Below, piece after piece: positions 8,723 through 18,947 of a stretch of DNA of 49,996 bases. Numbering within the stretch: position 1 is the first letter of the stretch; every line of letters begins with the position of its first letter. The position numbers and the translations under genes are program-made. This DNA comes from a virus (taxonomy: Duplodnaviria; Caudoviricetes): positions 1-49,996 of the IMG/VR virus record IMGVR_UViG_3300020045_001042, one strand, 5' to 3'. Below the pieces are notes generated by a model, which saw nothing but the letters and a program-made list of their open reading frames with translations, was not told the DNA's origin and made no database searches.

Positions 8723-9251
8723 TGCAGAATCCTTCATAGGCAAGTGTGCTAGTATCTGTTATGATTCTTCTATAGAGCGGGAGGCGTGCATCAAGCGCGC
8801 CACCGCTTGTGTAGATAAGGGGCATCTAGCAACCCTAAGATTTGCGCATGCTACATTTAAAGTAACTGGTATTAGTAGAGCATGTAGTCATCAATTTGTG
8901 AGATCTAAACATCTAGACTTCTTACAACGATCACAACGATATTGTAATGAAGATGATACTACTTTTGTATACCCTATACATAGTATAGCACTCTCCGCTT
9001 ATTATTATAAATGTCTTGATTTATATCAGGATCTTATTTCTTGTGGAGTTAAGAAAGAAGATGCTCGTTATGTATTACCTGAAGCTACTTGTACAGAGTT
9101 AATAGTAACAGGTAACTTTCAAGCTTGGCTAGACTTCCTTGAACTAAGATCGGGTAAGGAAGTACAATGGGAAATACGCCATGTTGCACAAGAGATTAAT
9201 AAACTTCTTATGCAAGAATGTCCAAATATATTCAGAGGATTAAAAGAATGA
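8691..9251 (+). CDS. thyX: Flavin-dependent thymidylate synthase
   Basis: GH, SRACSHQFVR, SQRY, EDARYVLP and QWEIR motifs. Confidence 0.88.
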   Translation: MKVELLQITPDAESFIGKCASICYDSSIEREACIKRATACVDKGHLATLRFAHATFKVTGISRACSHQFVRSKHLDFLQRSQRYCNEDDTTFVYPIHSIALSAYYYKCLDLYQDLISCGVKKEDARYVLPEATCTELIVTGNFQAWLDFLELRSGKEVQWEIRHVAQEINKLLMQECPNIFRGLKE

Positions 9252-9628
9252 GTCTTCTATTAACTACTCTCCTATCTGCCTTGGTGCCAGTAGGAGTTGA
9301 AGGACTTAAACAGGGGATTACTACTTTAGTTGGTGGTGTCAAACCCACTACAGTAGCAGAACAACTCCAACTAGATGATCAAGAGATCAAGCGTCTAAAC
9401 GCTATAGCAACATTAGACAATCCGGGTGGTACTCCTAGTCAATGGGTTATAGATCTACGTGCCAGTGCACGTTACATCGGTGCAGGTATGGTTATAGCAT
9501 CCGGTATTACTGCGTTATTTGTTCCAAACTTAGATCTTACCGTTAAGACCATTGCATTTGAGGGTGCAAACATAGCATTTGGATTTTTATTTGGAGCCCG
9601 CATCGTAAATGGTATAGGTAAAAAATAA
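9248..9628 (+). CDS. Membrane protein, holin-like
   Basis: Hydrophobic segments and C-terminal FGFLFGAR...KK resembling 3TM holin families. Confidence 0.5.
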   Translation: MSLLLTTLLSALVPVGVEGLKQGITTLVGGVKPTTVAEQLQLDDQEIKRLNAIATLDNPGGTPSQWVIDLRASARYIGAGMVIASGITALFVPNLDLTVKTIAFEGANIAFGFLFGARIVNGIGKK

Positions 9629-9799
9629 ATGAAAACAATCCAAGATTATAAAGAAGAACTTATTGAGCAAGATCAAGTAGAACTAATTGATATCCTTGAT
9701 ATTAGTTCTTCTGATTTGGTGGACAGATTTGATGATCGGGTAGAGGATAGGTTCGATGAACTATATGACGAAAGTGATGACGAAAAAGAAGAAACCTAA
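9629..9799 (+). CDS. Small acidic protein (56 aa)
   Basis: MKTIQDYKEELIEQDQVELIDILDISSSDLVDRFDDRVE...; directly follows the previous stop. Confidence 0.55.
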   Translation: MKTIQDYKEELIEQDQVELIDILDISSSDLVDRFDDRVEDRFDELYDESDDEKEET

Positions 9800-9897
9800 C
9801 CGTCAATTAGAACGGGAATTAAAACAAGGTAAACGATCTTATCGTCTGCGTCTAGATGAAGAAGTATTAAATAAAAAAGAAATTAAAGACTATACGA

Positions 9898-12314
9898 ATG
9901 CAAATAAATAGATTTAAAAATGACTTCTCCGAACGAATCTTCAAGCTCAAATACGCGCAAGGAGTTAACGATACATGGGACGCGCTCTCCGAGAGGCTGG
10001 TGTCTGATGTCTGTGGAACACGGGGTGGGCGAGACAAAGCTCTTATGTCTGAACAAGATAGAGAGCAGCTTACAGACTATATTAAACGCATGTTGTTTAT
10101 CCCCGGAGGCCGTTATCTCTACTATGCTGGCAGACCCAACTCTTACTATAACAATTGCTTTCTCCTACGAGGGGAAGAAGATACCCGAGAAGAATGGGCA
10201 GAATTAATTAAACGAGCAGCAAGTTGTTTACTTACAGGAGGTGGAATTGGAATTGATTATTCGCGCTTCAGGCCAGCAGGTAAACCTTTATCCCGTACAG
10301 GGGGAATCAGCTCAGGTCCTATACCGCTTATGCAAGCAATTAATGGAATCGGAGCGGGAATTATGCAGGGAGGTTCAAGGCGTTCTGCAATTTACGCCTC
10401 GCTCAACTGGCTCCACGAAGACATACCCGACTTTCTAAAGATTAAGAACTGGTCACAACAGATCAAGGATCTTAAAGCAAACGATTTTAATTTCCCGGCT
10501 ACTCTGGACATGACTAACATCAGTATCAACTACGATGATAAGTGGTTGTACAATGCTGATAGAGCTAATCTTAATACGTTCGTTGAGAACTGTCGTCAAG
10601 CAATGATGACTGGTGAGCCAGGATTTAGTTTTAACTTTGGAGATAAACAAAACGAGACTCTTCGCAACGCGTGTGACTGAAGTAACAAGCGAAGATGATT
10701 CAGATGTGTAAATCAGTGCACCTTCAGAGAGGAATCTCTGTAGCAAATTTCCTAATATCGGTGGAAGCATGTTATGATGTAACACCGAGCCAGCCTATTA
10801 AGGGGGCGTAACGACTATGAAGACTAATATGATGCAGTTATCTAAGTTTTTAACTTGGAGTGTTTCTGGTGATGGATATATTGGATATTCTACTAATAAT
10901 AAGAATGCTCATTATTCTATTTCTAGAAGTGCAGAACATAAAGATTACTTAGATGTAATCGCCAATAAATTTATTGGTTTACAAGAATGTAGTGTAAGGA
11001 TTGATGAATACGTACGAAAGGATAATAACAAACTTGTATTGGATCTAAGAACAAATAGTCATCCAATATTTAGTAGAGTACGTGAACGTCAGTATATTCA
11101 AAATCATAAAGTAATAGATCCACATCAACTTACAATGTTAGATTGGGAGGCAGCAGCTTTCTTATTTATGGATGATGGATCTACTTGTTATAATAATAAA
11201 GGATCTATGATTGTTAGACTTTCTACTTGTCATTTCTCTTATGGAGATAATGAATTACTTAGAAAAGCATTCATAGAAAAATTAGGAATGATTTGGAATA
11301 TAAATCGTAATGGAAATGTTTGGCAATTAAATCTAGCTAAACAATCTAAAGATGAGTGGTTTGATAAAATTACTCCCTACATAGTAGATTCTTATAAATA
11401 TAAACTGCCTGAGTCTTTGCAAAAGGAAACATCCAGAACGGATGGTGATCTTGTCTATATTGGAAGCTCCCCCGATAGGTAATTTAGGGAGTGTAAATCT
11501 AGGAAACATAAATTCCATAGAAGAATTAAAACATGTAGTTGAATTAGCAAGTAAGTTCCTTGTTTGTGGAACACTGCGTGCTGATTTACCTTATGATAAA
11601 GTATATAAAGTTCGAGAAAAGAATCGACGCCTTGGTTTAGGTTTAATGGGCATCCATGAGTGGCTCCTCAAACGTGGATACGGATATGAAGTAACACCTG
11701 AATTGCATAAATGGTTGGAGGTATATGAAACAATTTCTAAAGAAGCTGCTGACGAACATTGTGATAGGTTATTTATCAATCGGCCTATTGCTTACCGTGC
11801 CATTGCTCCTACAGGTTCTATCGGGATTCTGGCAGGGACTACTACTGGTATTGAGCCGCTGTTTGCTGTGGCCTATAAGCGTCGTTACCTCACAGACGGG
11901 ACAAGGTGGAAGTATGAATATGTTGTCGACAGTACAGCAGATCTTCTCATAAAAGAGTATGGATTAGATCCAGATAAAATTGAGACAGCTTATAAACTAA
12001 GTCACGACTATGAAAAACGAATTAAGTTCCAATCTGAGATCCAGCAATATGTCGATATGTCAATTTCAAGCACGATTAACTTACCTGCTTGGGGATCAAA
12101 AGAAAATAATGAATCAAAAGTCAACGAGTTTGCTAACATACTCTCCAAATATGCTCCGACTTTACGCGGCTTTACTTGCTACCCAGACGGAAGTAGAGGA
12201 GGTCAACCCCTCACTGAAGTAAGTTATAAAGAAGCAGTTCAACATAAAGGAACTGTGTATGAAGAGAACGATGTTTGTATCATTACAGGTAAGGGAGGAT
12301 CTTGCGGAGTATGA
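9898..12314 (+). CDS. nrdJ: Class II-type ribonucleotide reductase; predicted exons 9898-10674, 10676-10709, 11479-12314 (548 aa)
   Basis: PGGR, NNC, GGGIG, RRSA, GEPG, NAC/TE...VC/NLGSVNL, RRLGLG, IAPTGS, GIEP and C-terminal CxxxxxxxxC; no beta-subunit gene in the genome. Confidence 0.85.
10710..11478 (+). mobile_element. Group I intron in the RNR gene
   Basis: Removal joins GTG T|GT AAT (V-C-N-L-G-S); 5' exon ends in U and intron ends in G; P1 GUGU/GCAC, P2 CAGAGA-GGAA-UCUCUG, P3 UUUCCU/AGGAAA, P4 UCGGUG/CACCGA, P7 GACUA/UUGUC, P8 CAUCC-AGAAC-GGAUG. Confidence 0.9.
10817..11482 (+). CDS. Intron-encoded two-motif LAGLIDADG homing endonuclease
   Basis: FLTWSVSGDG and AAFLFMDDG motifs; lies inside the RNR intron. 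Confidence 0.85.
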   Translation: MKTNMMQLSKFLTWSVSGDGYIGYSTNNKNAHYSISRSAEHKDYLDVIANKFIGLQECSVRIDEYVRKDNNKLVLDLRTNSHPIFSRVRERQYIQNHKVIDPHQLTMLDWEAAAFLFMDDGSTCYNNKGSMIVRLSTCHFSYGDNELLRKAFIEKLGMIWNINRNGNVWQLNLAKQSKDEWFDKITPYIVDSYKYKLPESLQKETSRTDGDLVYIGSSPDR

Positions 12315-12457
12315 GTGAACTCTTCCTTACAGTAAGATGGATATCAGGTGTATGTATTGGTATAGAAGTCTTATGGGGCCATAATATGATGGTTGTAGAC
12401 TTAGGAATTATACGGATTTATGTAGGTATCAGAGAAAGTGATAATAAAAATGACTGA
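12311..12457 (+). CDS. Small hypothetical protein
   Basis: ATGA overlap with the RNR stop; MSELFLTVRWISGVCIGIEV...DLGIIRIY. Confidence 0.5.
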   Translation: MSELFLTVRWISGVCIGIEVLWGHNMMVVDLGIIRIYVGIRESDNKND

Positions 12458-12624
12458 TTTAAATGATGTATTCTGTGCACAAATAGCAACTGACTTTGAA
12501 GTATTCATGTTTCTTCGTAGTAACTAATAGTTAGCAACGTGGCGTTTGTAATCCTCTCTGTATTGCTACATGATGATTAATCTGATAAGACGAAACATTA
12601 TCCTAGTATTCTAGTAAGCTAGAC

Positions 12625-12666
12625 AAAAAGAAGCCCCAATCCTATAAAAAGGAAAGGGGCTTTTTC
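12625..12666. terminator. Bidirectional intrinsic terminator between the convergent arms
   Basis: AAAAAGAAGCCCC...TCCT-ATAAA-AGGA...GGGGCTTTTTC located where + and - genes converge. Confidence 0.75.
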
Positions 12667-13095
12667 TTATTCAACTGGAGTATTAAATACTCTCTTCTCA
12701 TCTAGTCGTCGATTGGTAAGACCCACTATGACCTGTCCATTATCTTTATTCCATCTTTCAAATTGATCAGATGCTTCTAAGAATCTACCTTGATGTAATA
12801 GTTTTAATAGCGTACTATTTTTATAGGCATTGATTCCCACATTATAAACAAAAGAAGTAATAGCAGCTAACTGATTAGGATTAAGTCCGACATTGGTCAG
12901 AGATAGAATACCAAATACGAATTCATTTAGCTCCTTATCTAACCATTCCTCTGCTTGTTGTTGTGTACAAGTATTACCTAACTTAACGTCTTTAGTATGA
13001 CCATATCCAATAGTGGGGACACTCCCACCATCTAAATACGCTTGTAACTTACAACCTTCCCACTTCTTTATTAGATCTCTAGCTTCTATAATCAT
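12667..13095 (-). CDS. Endolysin, GH24 (T4-like) lysozyme
   Basis: EGCKLQAYLDGGSVPTIGYGHT (E-x8-D-x5-T), FVYNVG, GLTNRR. Confidence 0.92.
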   Translation of the reverse strand: MIIEARDLIKKWEGCKLQAYLDGGSVPTIGYGHTKDVKLGNTCTQQQAEEWLDKELNEFVFGILSLTNVGLNPNQLAAITSFVYNVGINAYKNSTLLKLLHQGRFLEASDQFERWNKDNGQVIVGLTNRRLDEKRVFNTPVE

Positions 13096-16000
13096 TCACT
13101 ACCTCTAAAGTTAAATAGACCTTGTGCAGCACGTTGGCCTTTACCTCGTTGTATCTTACCATTCTTGTTTAACATGAGACGCACATCCTGTGGAACAACA
13201 CGATTGAATACTTCCAATCCTATCTTATCCTCCATCTCCTTAGCAGTCATCCCTAGTTCAGCCATTTGTTTAGCGTACTTAGGATCACCTGTTTCAACAA
13301 GTCTAACACCTAGTCTATCTTTCTTAGCAGTTAGATTCTTCTCATCTTCAGCTACTTGGAATTGAACTTGATCTTGATAACGTTGCTTGGTTGTTTTGGT
13401 ACCTAACAGACCAGCAGCTATATCCATTCCAGTACGCTCTCCATTAGCTTGTGCCTCTTTTCCTAATATCTTCTGGTTAGTTTCCTTACCAAATATATTA
13501 GTCTTATTAACACCAGCTAACTCCTTCATACCATATCCAATAGGCCCAGCAGGGGCCAGCACATCAATAGCCTTAGCTGTATCTGCTACACCTACACTAC
13601 CACCAACTGATTTACCTAGTGTGACGGCTGCTCCGGGTACGGAGGCGGCCCATCCATATATAGATGCTACATCACTAGGAGCATCGTTACCAGATAGCAC
13701 TCCTAGGATAAGAGATGGTAGAGTTTCATTAGCTCTAGCGGATGATCCTAAATCTAATCCAGTTGCACTTGGTAATCCAAACATAGCTATACCACGTTGA
13801 GTATCACTCATCTCTCCCGGAATCATACGATCTAGGAAGCCCTCATCCTTAGCAAAGATATCAAGGATAGTAGGCAGAGTGTAGTCATTCATTGTTTTGT
13901 TAGCCCAACGTCTAAACTTTTCATACTCCTGAACAAATGGCATACCCATAACACCAGTAGTAGCAACAGTTAATAGAGTAAAATTAACCATTGGCCCCCA
14001 AGTCTTATAGTCAGTAGGTTTAATGTCACTAGCCATTGCTAAGATTTGACCCAACATATTCTGACCAAAACCCTGTAGAGGCTTAGCTACATCACCGATG
14101 GCACCAAGATGGTCAAAAACTGGAGCTGAGTTAGCCTTATCATATAGATTAAGAATCTTACCTACACCATCAATGGCTAGTCGTTCGGCTTGTGTCGCCG
14201 ACTTACCTAAATCCATATAATGGGTTCTTAGGATAGCATATGTACCGATACGGGATGCAGCTTCAGAAGCCTTACCCGGTGCTTGTAAGAATAACCAATC
14301 CTTCAGTCCTTTATAGATAGGATGTGGAGCATCCTTCAAAGATAGAGACTCTACGAACTGTGGTTCAAATGTATTAGTTCTTTGTGATACATCTTTAATG
14401 CTATTCCATAACTCAACATCACCTGATGTAAGTTTTAGTATCCCTTTAGTAAATGACTTATAAGCCATCACTCCATGACCACCTTCAGACATATGAGCAA
14501 CAGTCATTGGTGCAGTAAGGAACTGACTTATGATAGAGAATACTGGCTTAGACATCATCTTCAAGAAGTAGAATCCTTCCTTAACAGAAGCCTCGGTGAT
14601 CTTACCGAGAGACATATCAGAAGTCTTACCACTCTCACTGAATGCTTTCATAATTTCATTAGCAGCTAGATCAGTTATATAATCTACTTGTTTACCTACT
14701 TCACCTAGTACATTTTTATTACGACCAAGAGAGGAATCATACATCTGTTTAATAACTGCATGCGAGTTAGGTTTGTTCGATAGAAAGTCCGGGTTATTAA
14801 TCAACGGATCAAACGTAGTCTTATACATCAACTGTTTAATCTGCATTCCCTTTTCAGCAATGGACTGTTCAATAGCTTGTCCAAATGAATCTCCTAATTC
14901 CTCAACGGACTTAAAGAACTCACTACCTTTATATCCTTGCACATTTAAACGATACTTGTGATGCTGACCTAACTTACCACCACGTTCTGCCATACTATCT
15001 AATAGACGTTGTGTTTCCTTAGCTATGAAGTCCTTAGCAGAAGGTAACTTCCTAGATAAGATATCACTAATAATAGTAGCCATCTCAGCATTAGGTTGAA
15101 ACTGTTGATCTGCCATATCCATTACTTCAGATACAGTGTGATGCTTTAATCCTTGTGCATCTAGTTGAGCCTTAAACTTCTCAGCTTGTAGCTTAGTATT
15201 GAAGTTCTGTACATGAGAAACGATATCCCCATAATTAACAGATACAGCATAGTTACCTGCTCGTGTTGATGGATACCAACCTGCCCGTTGTGGGAGGATA
15301 TGCTTCTTATCTAAACCTTCTTGAACTCTAACACTCTCTTCATACATACGTGTGAATAGCTTACTGAGAGTATTGTAATACTTTACTTGATCTGGACTAA
15401 GATGATTACCATTCTTAGCTAGGTTCTCTTCATAAGACAATCCCTCATCAAAGCCCTTCTTGAATACTTCGTGTAGAAGATACTTATCTTTAGATGTAGA
15501 TTTAGCTAGAGCTATATAAGGACTATCTGCATTCTTTACTTTAGAGAAAGAGTTAAACCATTTAATATCTTTAGACTTAACATCACCATACCAAAGACGA
15601 TTAACTATCTGCTCTGCTTGTATATCTATATCTTTCATCTTCCAATAAGCAGAATTAACATGAGGATCATTTATATTAAACGCATGTTGGTTCATCTTAG
15701 CAAAGAACTTACGTGATAGGAAAGCCTTACCGTTACCCAACGCTTGTGCTAACCTAACACTAACTGCTGGTATATCTTTTAAATCTAATCCCATAAAAGG
15801 ATTATCTTTTAGTAGCATACCACGTTCTCTAGCAGTATCTAATACATTCTCTAACGTTCGGCCTTGAAATAATTTTGGCTCTTTACCAGCAAACACCGCA
15901 TCATTATTACGACGTTCCATTGCTTCAAAGATAGTCTCTCCTGTATCAGCAATGGACTTTTCATTAGCCTTAATTATATCATTCACTAATTTAGAGGCAA

Positions 16001-17996
16001 AGTTATCCCGTTTAATATCCACTCCAACCTTGCGTAGTACCTCGACAGACGCATCAATTAATGTGCTGAATACCTTGGATACACCTTTACTAAATGCGCC
16101 TAATACGTGGTCATGTAGAAGCACCCGTGTAGTCTGTTCAGCAAAGAATTCATGGAAGGATGCTTGGTTCTCTAAGATTCTCTCACTACCCCCCTTACGG
16201 AAATCAAACATAGAAACTGGTGTTGCTTTATTCTGGGTTTTGTATGTATTAAACTTACGTATAAATGAATCTATATGATCTGTGGATTTAATTACAGACT
16301 TTAAATACCTATTAAATAAAATGTGACCCACTTCATGAGAGGCAACACGCACCTGCATAAAGGTAGCCTTAGCCGTCTCTAATCTCTTACCTTGTAAGTT
16401 ACCAAAATCAATGCCTTCTAATTTAGCACCAGAGATGCTATCATTAATACGCTCCCGACTTATTCGGATAACAGATGAATCTCCGTAGTGATTTGCATCA
16501 GCAAGGACACCTCTACTGGCTTTATTCGCCATAAGATCATCTATAATAACATAAAGGTTGTCTTTACCTAGACCAACTTTATTAATGAGGTGCTGTGTTA
16601 TCTTCTGGAAGTCTCGGCCTTGTTGTGTTTCACTTATGATTCTATCAAACTTAGTGGCTGAGATACCGTCATTCGTAAATAAATCAGGTGAGTTATCAAA
16701 GTGAGATACAATATCTCCACCATTAATAATTATATCTTGTATCGATTGCACCTTAGGTATAGGAGCGTCTATGTTAATAGTCTCTACTTCACCCATAGGT
16801 TTAGTATTCTCGAACCAAGACATATCCGGTTCCCGGCCAGCTTTAATATCCTCATAAGCGGATAGTTCTGCTATAAGATTCTCTTTTAAAGATGAGGCAC
16901 TTGGTTCATCTCCTACTAACTTAATACGTTCTTGAGTAGTAGTAATACGATCTCCTAGTTCTTCAGGAGTCATATTCTTTGCTTCAGTAATCTTCTGTAA
17001 AGCTATCTCAGTTGGAGTAGTCTTACGTTCAACTACTTCAGGTATAGTTATTTCATCTAGACCATTCGCAATAGGAGCAACACCTTCCTCATTAGGAATA
17101 GGTTGCTTACGTAAAGTCTCATCTATCTGTGCTAAATCCTCTAAGGAAGGTTCTCCTAGTTGTTTAGCAGCACTCGGATTACGTGCTTTGATTTCTTCGA
17201 TTAATTGCTGCTTACGTACATCTTTAGTAACATCCGGTATAACTTCTTCACCAGATAGGATACGTTCTAATTCTACCTTCTTATCGGCCAGAGCAGTTAG
17301 TTTCTCATTTAGACCTGAGATAACGACAGTTTTAGACTCGTCAAACTTACCATCAGACATTAGCTGTTCAACAGTATTAGCGATGTTCTCAATATTAGTA
17401 TCTACTTGTCTAAGAGTATTCTTAGTTAGTTCCATCTCTATAGGTAGATTAACTTTACCTACAGAAGGTTCTACTTTAGGAGTAACCTCACGTGCACCTC
17501 TCTTAGGCATACTGGGATGCAGTCCTCCCATGATAGGAGCTAGTGGGAGTAGAAGGTTATTAATTACTGGAGCAACAACCTTTTCCGTAAGCTGTAGACC
17601 AGTCTCCGTCTTAGGTTGATATGTACCTGATTCCATTCCTTCCATGAATCCAGATTCAAGAGCCTTAGAGAATTCATCATAGGATCGTATGTTTCCTGTA
17701 AGAGCCTCCCCTAGTGGTTTATTAACCATACCCATAGTACCACCTATCATACCAGACGTGGCACTAGTAACTACATTACCTATAGTCTCATTAATGCCTT
17801 TATAGTAATCTAGCATTGATGGGTCTGGTGCAGGTATTACTTGTGGAGCTAATCCCGGTATTTGATCTACACGGGATAGAGGAGCAGTTGTCTTTGAGAC
17901 GCCAAGACTTTTTTCTGCCTCTTCTATATCAGCTTGGGTAGGTTCATTAGCGAAGTCTACTTCTTGGCCTGTCTCAAATTTAACTGTATAACTCAT
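13092..17996 (-). CDS. Large internal virion/ejection protein
   Basis: 1634 aa, last structural gene before lysis as in podoviruses; contains HEVGH (HExxH). Confidence 0.6.
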   Translation of the reverse strand: MSYTVKFETGQEVDFANEPTQADIEEAEKSLGVSKTTAPLSRVDQIPGLAPQVIPAPDPSMLDYYKGINETIGNVVTSATSGMIGGTMGMVNKPLGEALTGNIRSYDEFSKALESGFMEGMESGTYQPKTETGLQLTEKVVAPVINNLLLPLAPIMGGLHPSMPKRGAREVTPKVEPSVGKVNLPIEMELTKNTLRQVDTNIENIANTVEQLMSDGKFDESKTVVISGLNEKLTALADKKVELERILSGEEVIPDVTKDVRKQQLIEEIKARNPSAAKQLGEPSLEDLAQIDETLRKQPIPNEEGVAPIANGLDEITIPEVVERKTTPTEIALQKITEAKNMTPEELGDRITTTQERIKLVGDEPSASSLKENLIAELSAYEDIKAGREPDMSWFENTKPMGEVETINIDAPIPKVQSIQDIIINGGDIVSHFDNSPDLFTNDGISATKFDRIISETQQGRDFQKITQHLINKVGLGKDNLYVIIDDLMANKASRGVLADANHYGDSSVIRISRERINDSISGAKLEGIDFGNLQGKRLETAKATFMQVRVASHEVGHILFNRYLKSVIKSTDHIDSFIRKFNTYKTQNKATPVSMFDFRKGGSERILENQASFHEFFAEQTTRVLLHDHVLGAFSKGVSKVFSTLIDASVEVLRKVGVDIKRDNFASKLVNDIIKANEKSIADTGETIFEAMERRNNDAVFAGKEPKLFQGRTLENVLDTARERGMLLKDNPFMGLDLKDIPAVSVRLAQALGNGKAFLSRKFFAKMNQHAFNINDPHVNSAYWKMKDIDIQAEQIVNRLWYGDVKSKDIKWFNSFSKVKNADSPYIALAKSTSKDKYLLHEVFKKGFDEGLSYEENLAKNGNHLSPDQVKYYNTLSKLFTRMYEESVRVQEGLDKKHILPQRAGWYPSTRAGNYAVSVNYGDIVSHVQNFNTKLQAEKFKAQLDAQGLKHHTVSEVMDMADQQFQPNAEMATIISDILSRKLPSAKDFIAKETQRLLDSMAERGGKLGQHHKYRLNVQGYKGSEFFKSVEELGDSFGQAIEQSIAEKGMQIKQLMYKTTFDPLINNPDFLSNKPNSHAVIKQMYDSSLGRNKNVLGEVGKQVDYITDLAANEIMKAFSESGKTSDMSLGKITEASVKEGFYFLKMMSKPVFSIISQFLTAPMTVAHMSEGGHGVMAYKSFTKGILKLTSGDVELWNSIKDVSQRTNTFEPQFVESLSLKDAPHPIYKGLKDWLFLQAPGKASEAASRIGTYAILRTHYMDLGKSATQAERLAIDGVGKILNLYDKANSAPVFDHLGAIGDVAKPLQGFGQNMLGQILAMASDIKPTDYKTWGPMVNFTLLTVATTGVMGMPFVQEYEKFRRWANKTMNDYTLPTILDIFAKDEGFLDRMIPGEMSDTQRGIAMFGLPSATGLDLGSSARANETLPSLILGVLSGNDAPSDVASIYGWAASVPGAAVTLGKSVGGSVGVADTAKAIDVLAPAGPIGYGMKELAGVNKTNIFGKETNQKILGKEAQANGERTGMDIAAGLLGTKTTKQRYQDQVQFQVAEDEKNLTAKKDRLGVRLVETGDPKYAKQMAELGMTAKEMEDKIGLEVFNRVVPQDVRLMLNKNGKIQRGKGQRAAQGLFNFRGSE

Positions 17997-18005
17997 ACTT
18001 CTCCT

Positions 18006-18947
18006 TTAATCGTTTTTACGGATTGTAAATTTATTTCCAGATGCCGTTGTATTTGTAGTTGCTTGTGGTATTCCACCAGCTTTAGCTCTATCAATAATAG
18101 ATGGAGCCATTTGAAGTCCTAGTTTCCCCATATCTAATCCTTCCTGCCAAGCAGATGGATTACTATATAGTTTATTCATTCGATGCATATCTAATACTTG
18201 TTGTGCCACTTGTTTATCTTGAGGAGAAGCGCCCGGATCAGCTAGAATCTGCATTTGTTGCATAAGGATCTCATTATACTTAGCATCCTTCTTACCTGCT
18301 TGTGCCCGTAGTTCAGCAGCATCCACTTGACCTTGCATACGTAAGCGTTGTGCTTCTAACTGAGCCTCTAGCTTATCATCACTGAGTTCTTTTTTACCAG
18401 CAAACTCAGGTGTACTCTTCAATTGTTGAACTAATTGCTCTCGTTTATTTTGCATAAACATCTTCTGCATTGGATTGAATGGAACAACATTTCCGTTCTC
18501 ATCCGTACCACCACCCGAAGCTAACTGTTTATCTATATCTTTAATAGTCCATAGAGTCTCGTCAGTTCCCCTTTGATTATCTAATGCTAACTTCTCTGCC
18601 TGTTGTTTAAAGGGTTGTAAAGCGGTAGCAGTTTTACCTGCCGCTTCCTGTGTTTGCATCTGACCAATCTGACCAGCTATATTAGCATCCATATAGTTAG
18701 GATCTCTTAGCTTCTTCTGTGCATAAGCAGCATCATACTCAGCAACCTGATTAGATTTCTCCTTAGCAAATACATCTAAAGGATTCGTACGTTCAGTTTG
18801 CTGATAAGATTGTTGGGCTTTCATTTGGTCTAGTAAAGCTTTAATCTGTTCCTGTTGATTACTAGCCTCCGCATTAGCTGCATTCTGTCCCGCAAAATAA
18901 GCTCCTAATCCAAACTCAGGTTGATAACCTGTATTAATTGTTTGCAT
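18006..18947 (-). CDS. Putative ejection protein
   Basis: Gln/Ala-rich, helical-looking; position in the module. Confidence 0.55.
   Translation of the reverse strand: MQTINTGYQPEFGLGAYFAGQNAANAEASNQQEQIKALLDQMKAQQSYQQTERTNPLDVFAKEKSNQVAEYDAAYAQKKLRDPNYMDANIAGQIGQMQTQEAAGKTATALQPFKQQAEKLALDNQRGTDETLWTIKDIDKQLASGGGTDENGNVVPFNPMQKMFMQNKREQLVQQLKSTPEFAGKKELSDDKLEAQLEAQRLRMQGQVDAAELRAQAGKKDAKYNEILMQQMQILADPGASPQDKQVAQQVLDMHRMNKLYSNPSAWQEGLDMGKLGLQMAPSIIDRAKAGGIPQATTNTTASGNKFTIRKND

Noticed and set aside
11442-11478. Independent start of a second RNR subunit
   Set aside because: These codons lie inside the intron; RNR similarity resumes at 11479
12570-12605. Hammerhead ribozyme (CTGATAAGACGAAAC)
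   Set aside because: The core is CUGAUAA rather than CUGANGA, there is no stem II, and there is no properly placed NUH
13165-18122. Plus-strand ORFs antisense to structural genes, and similar short antisense ORFs elsewhere
   Set aside because: Shadow frames of long coding genes with no RBS or motifs
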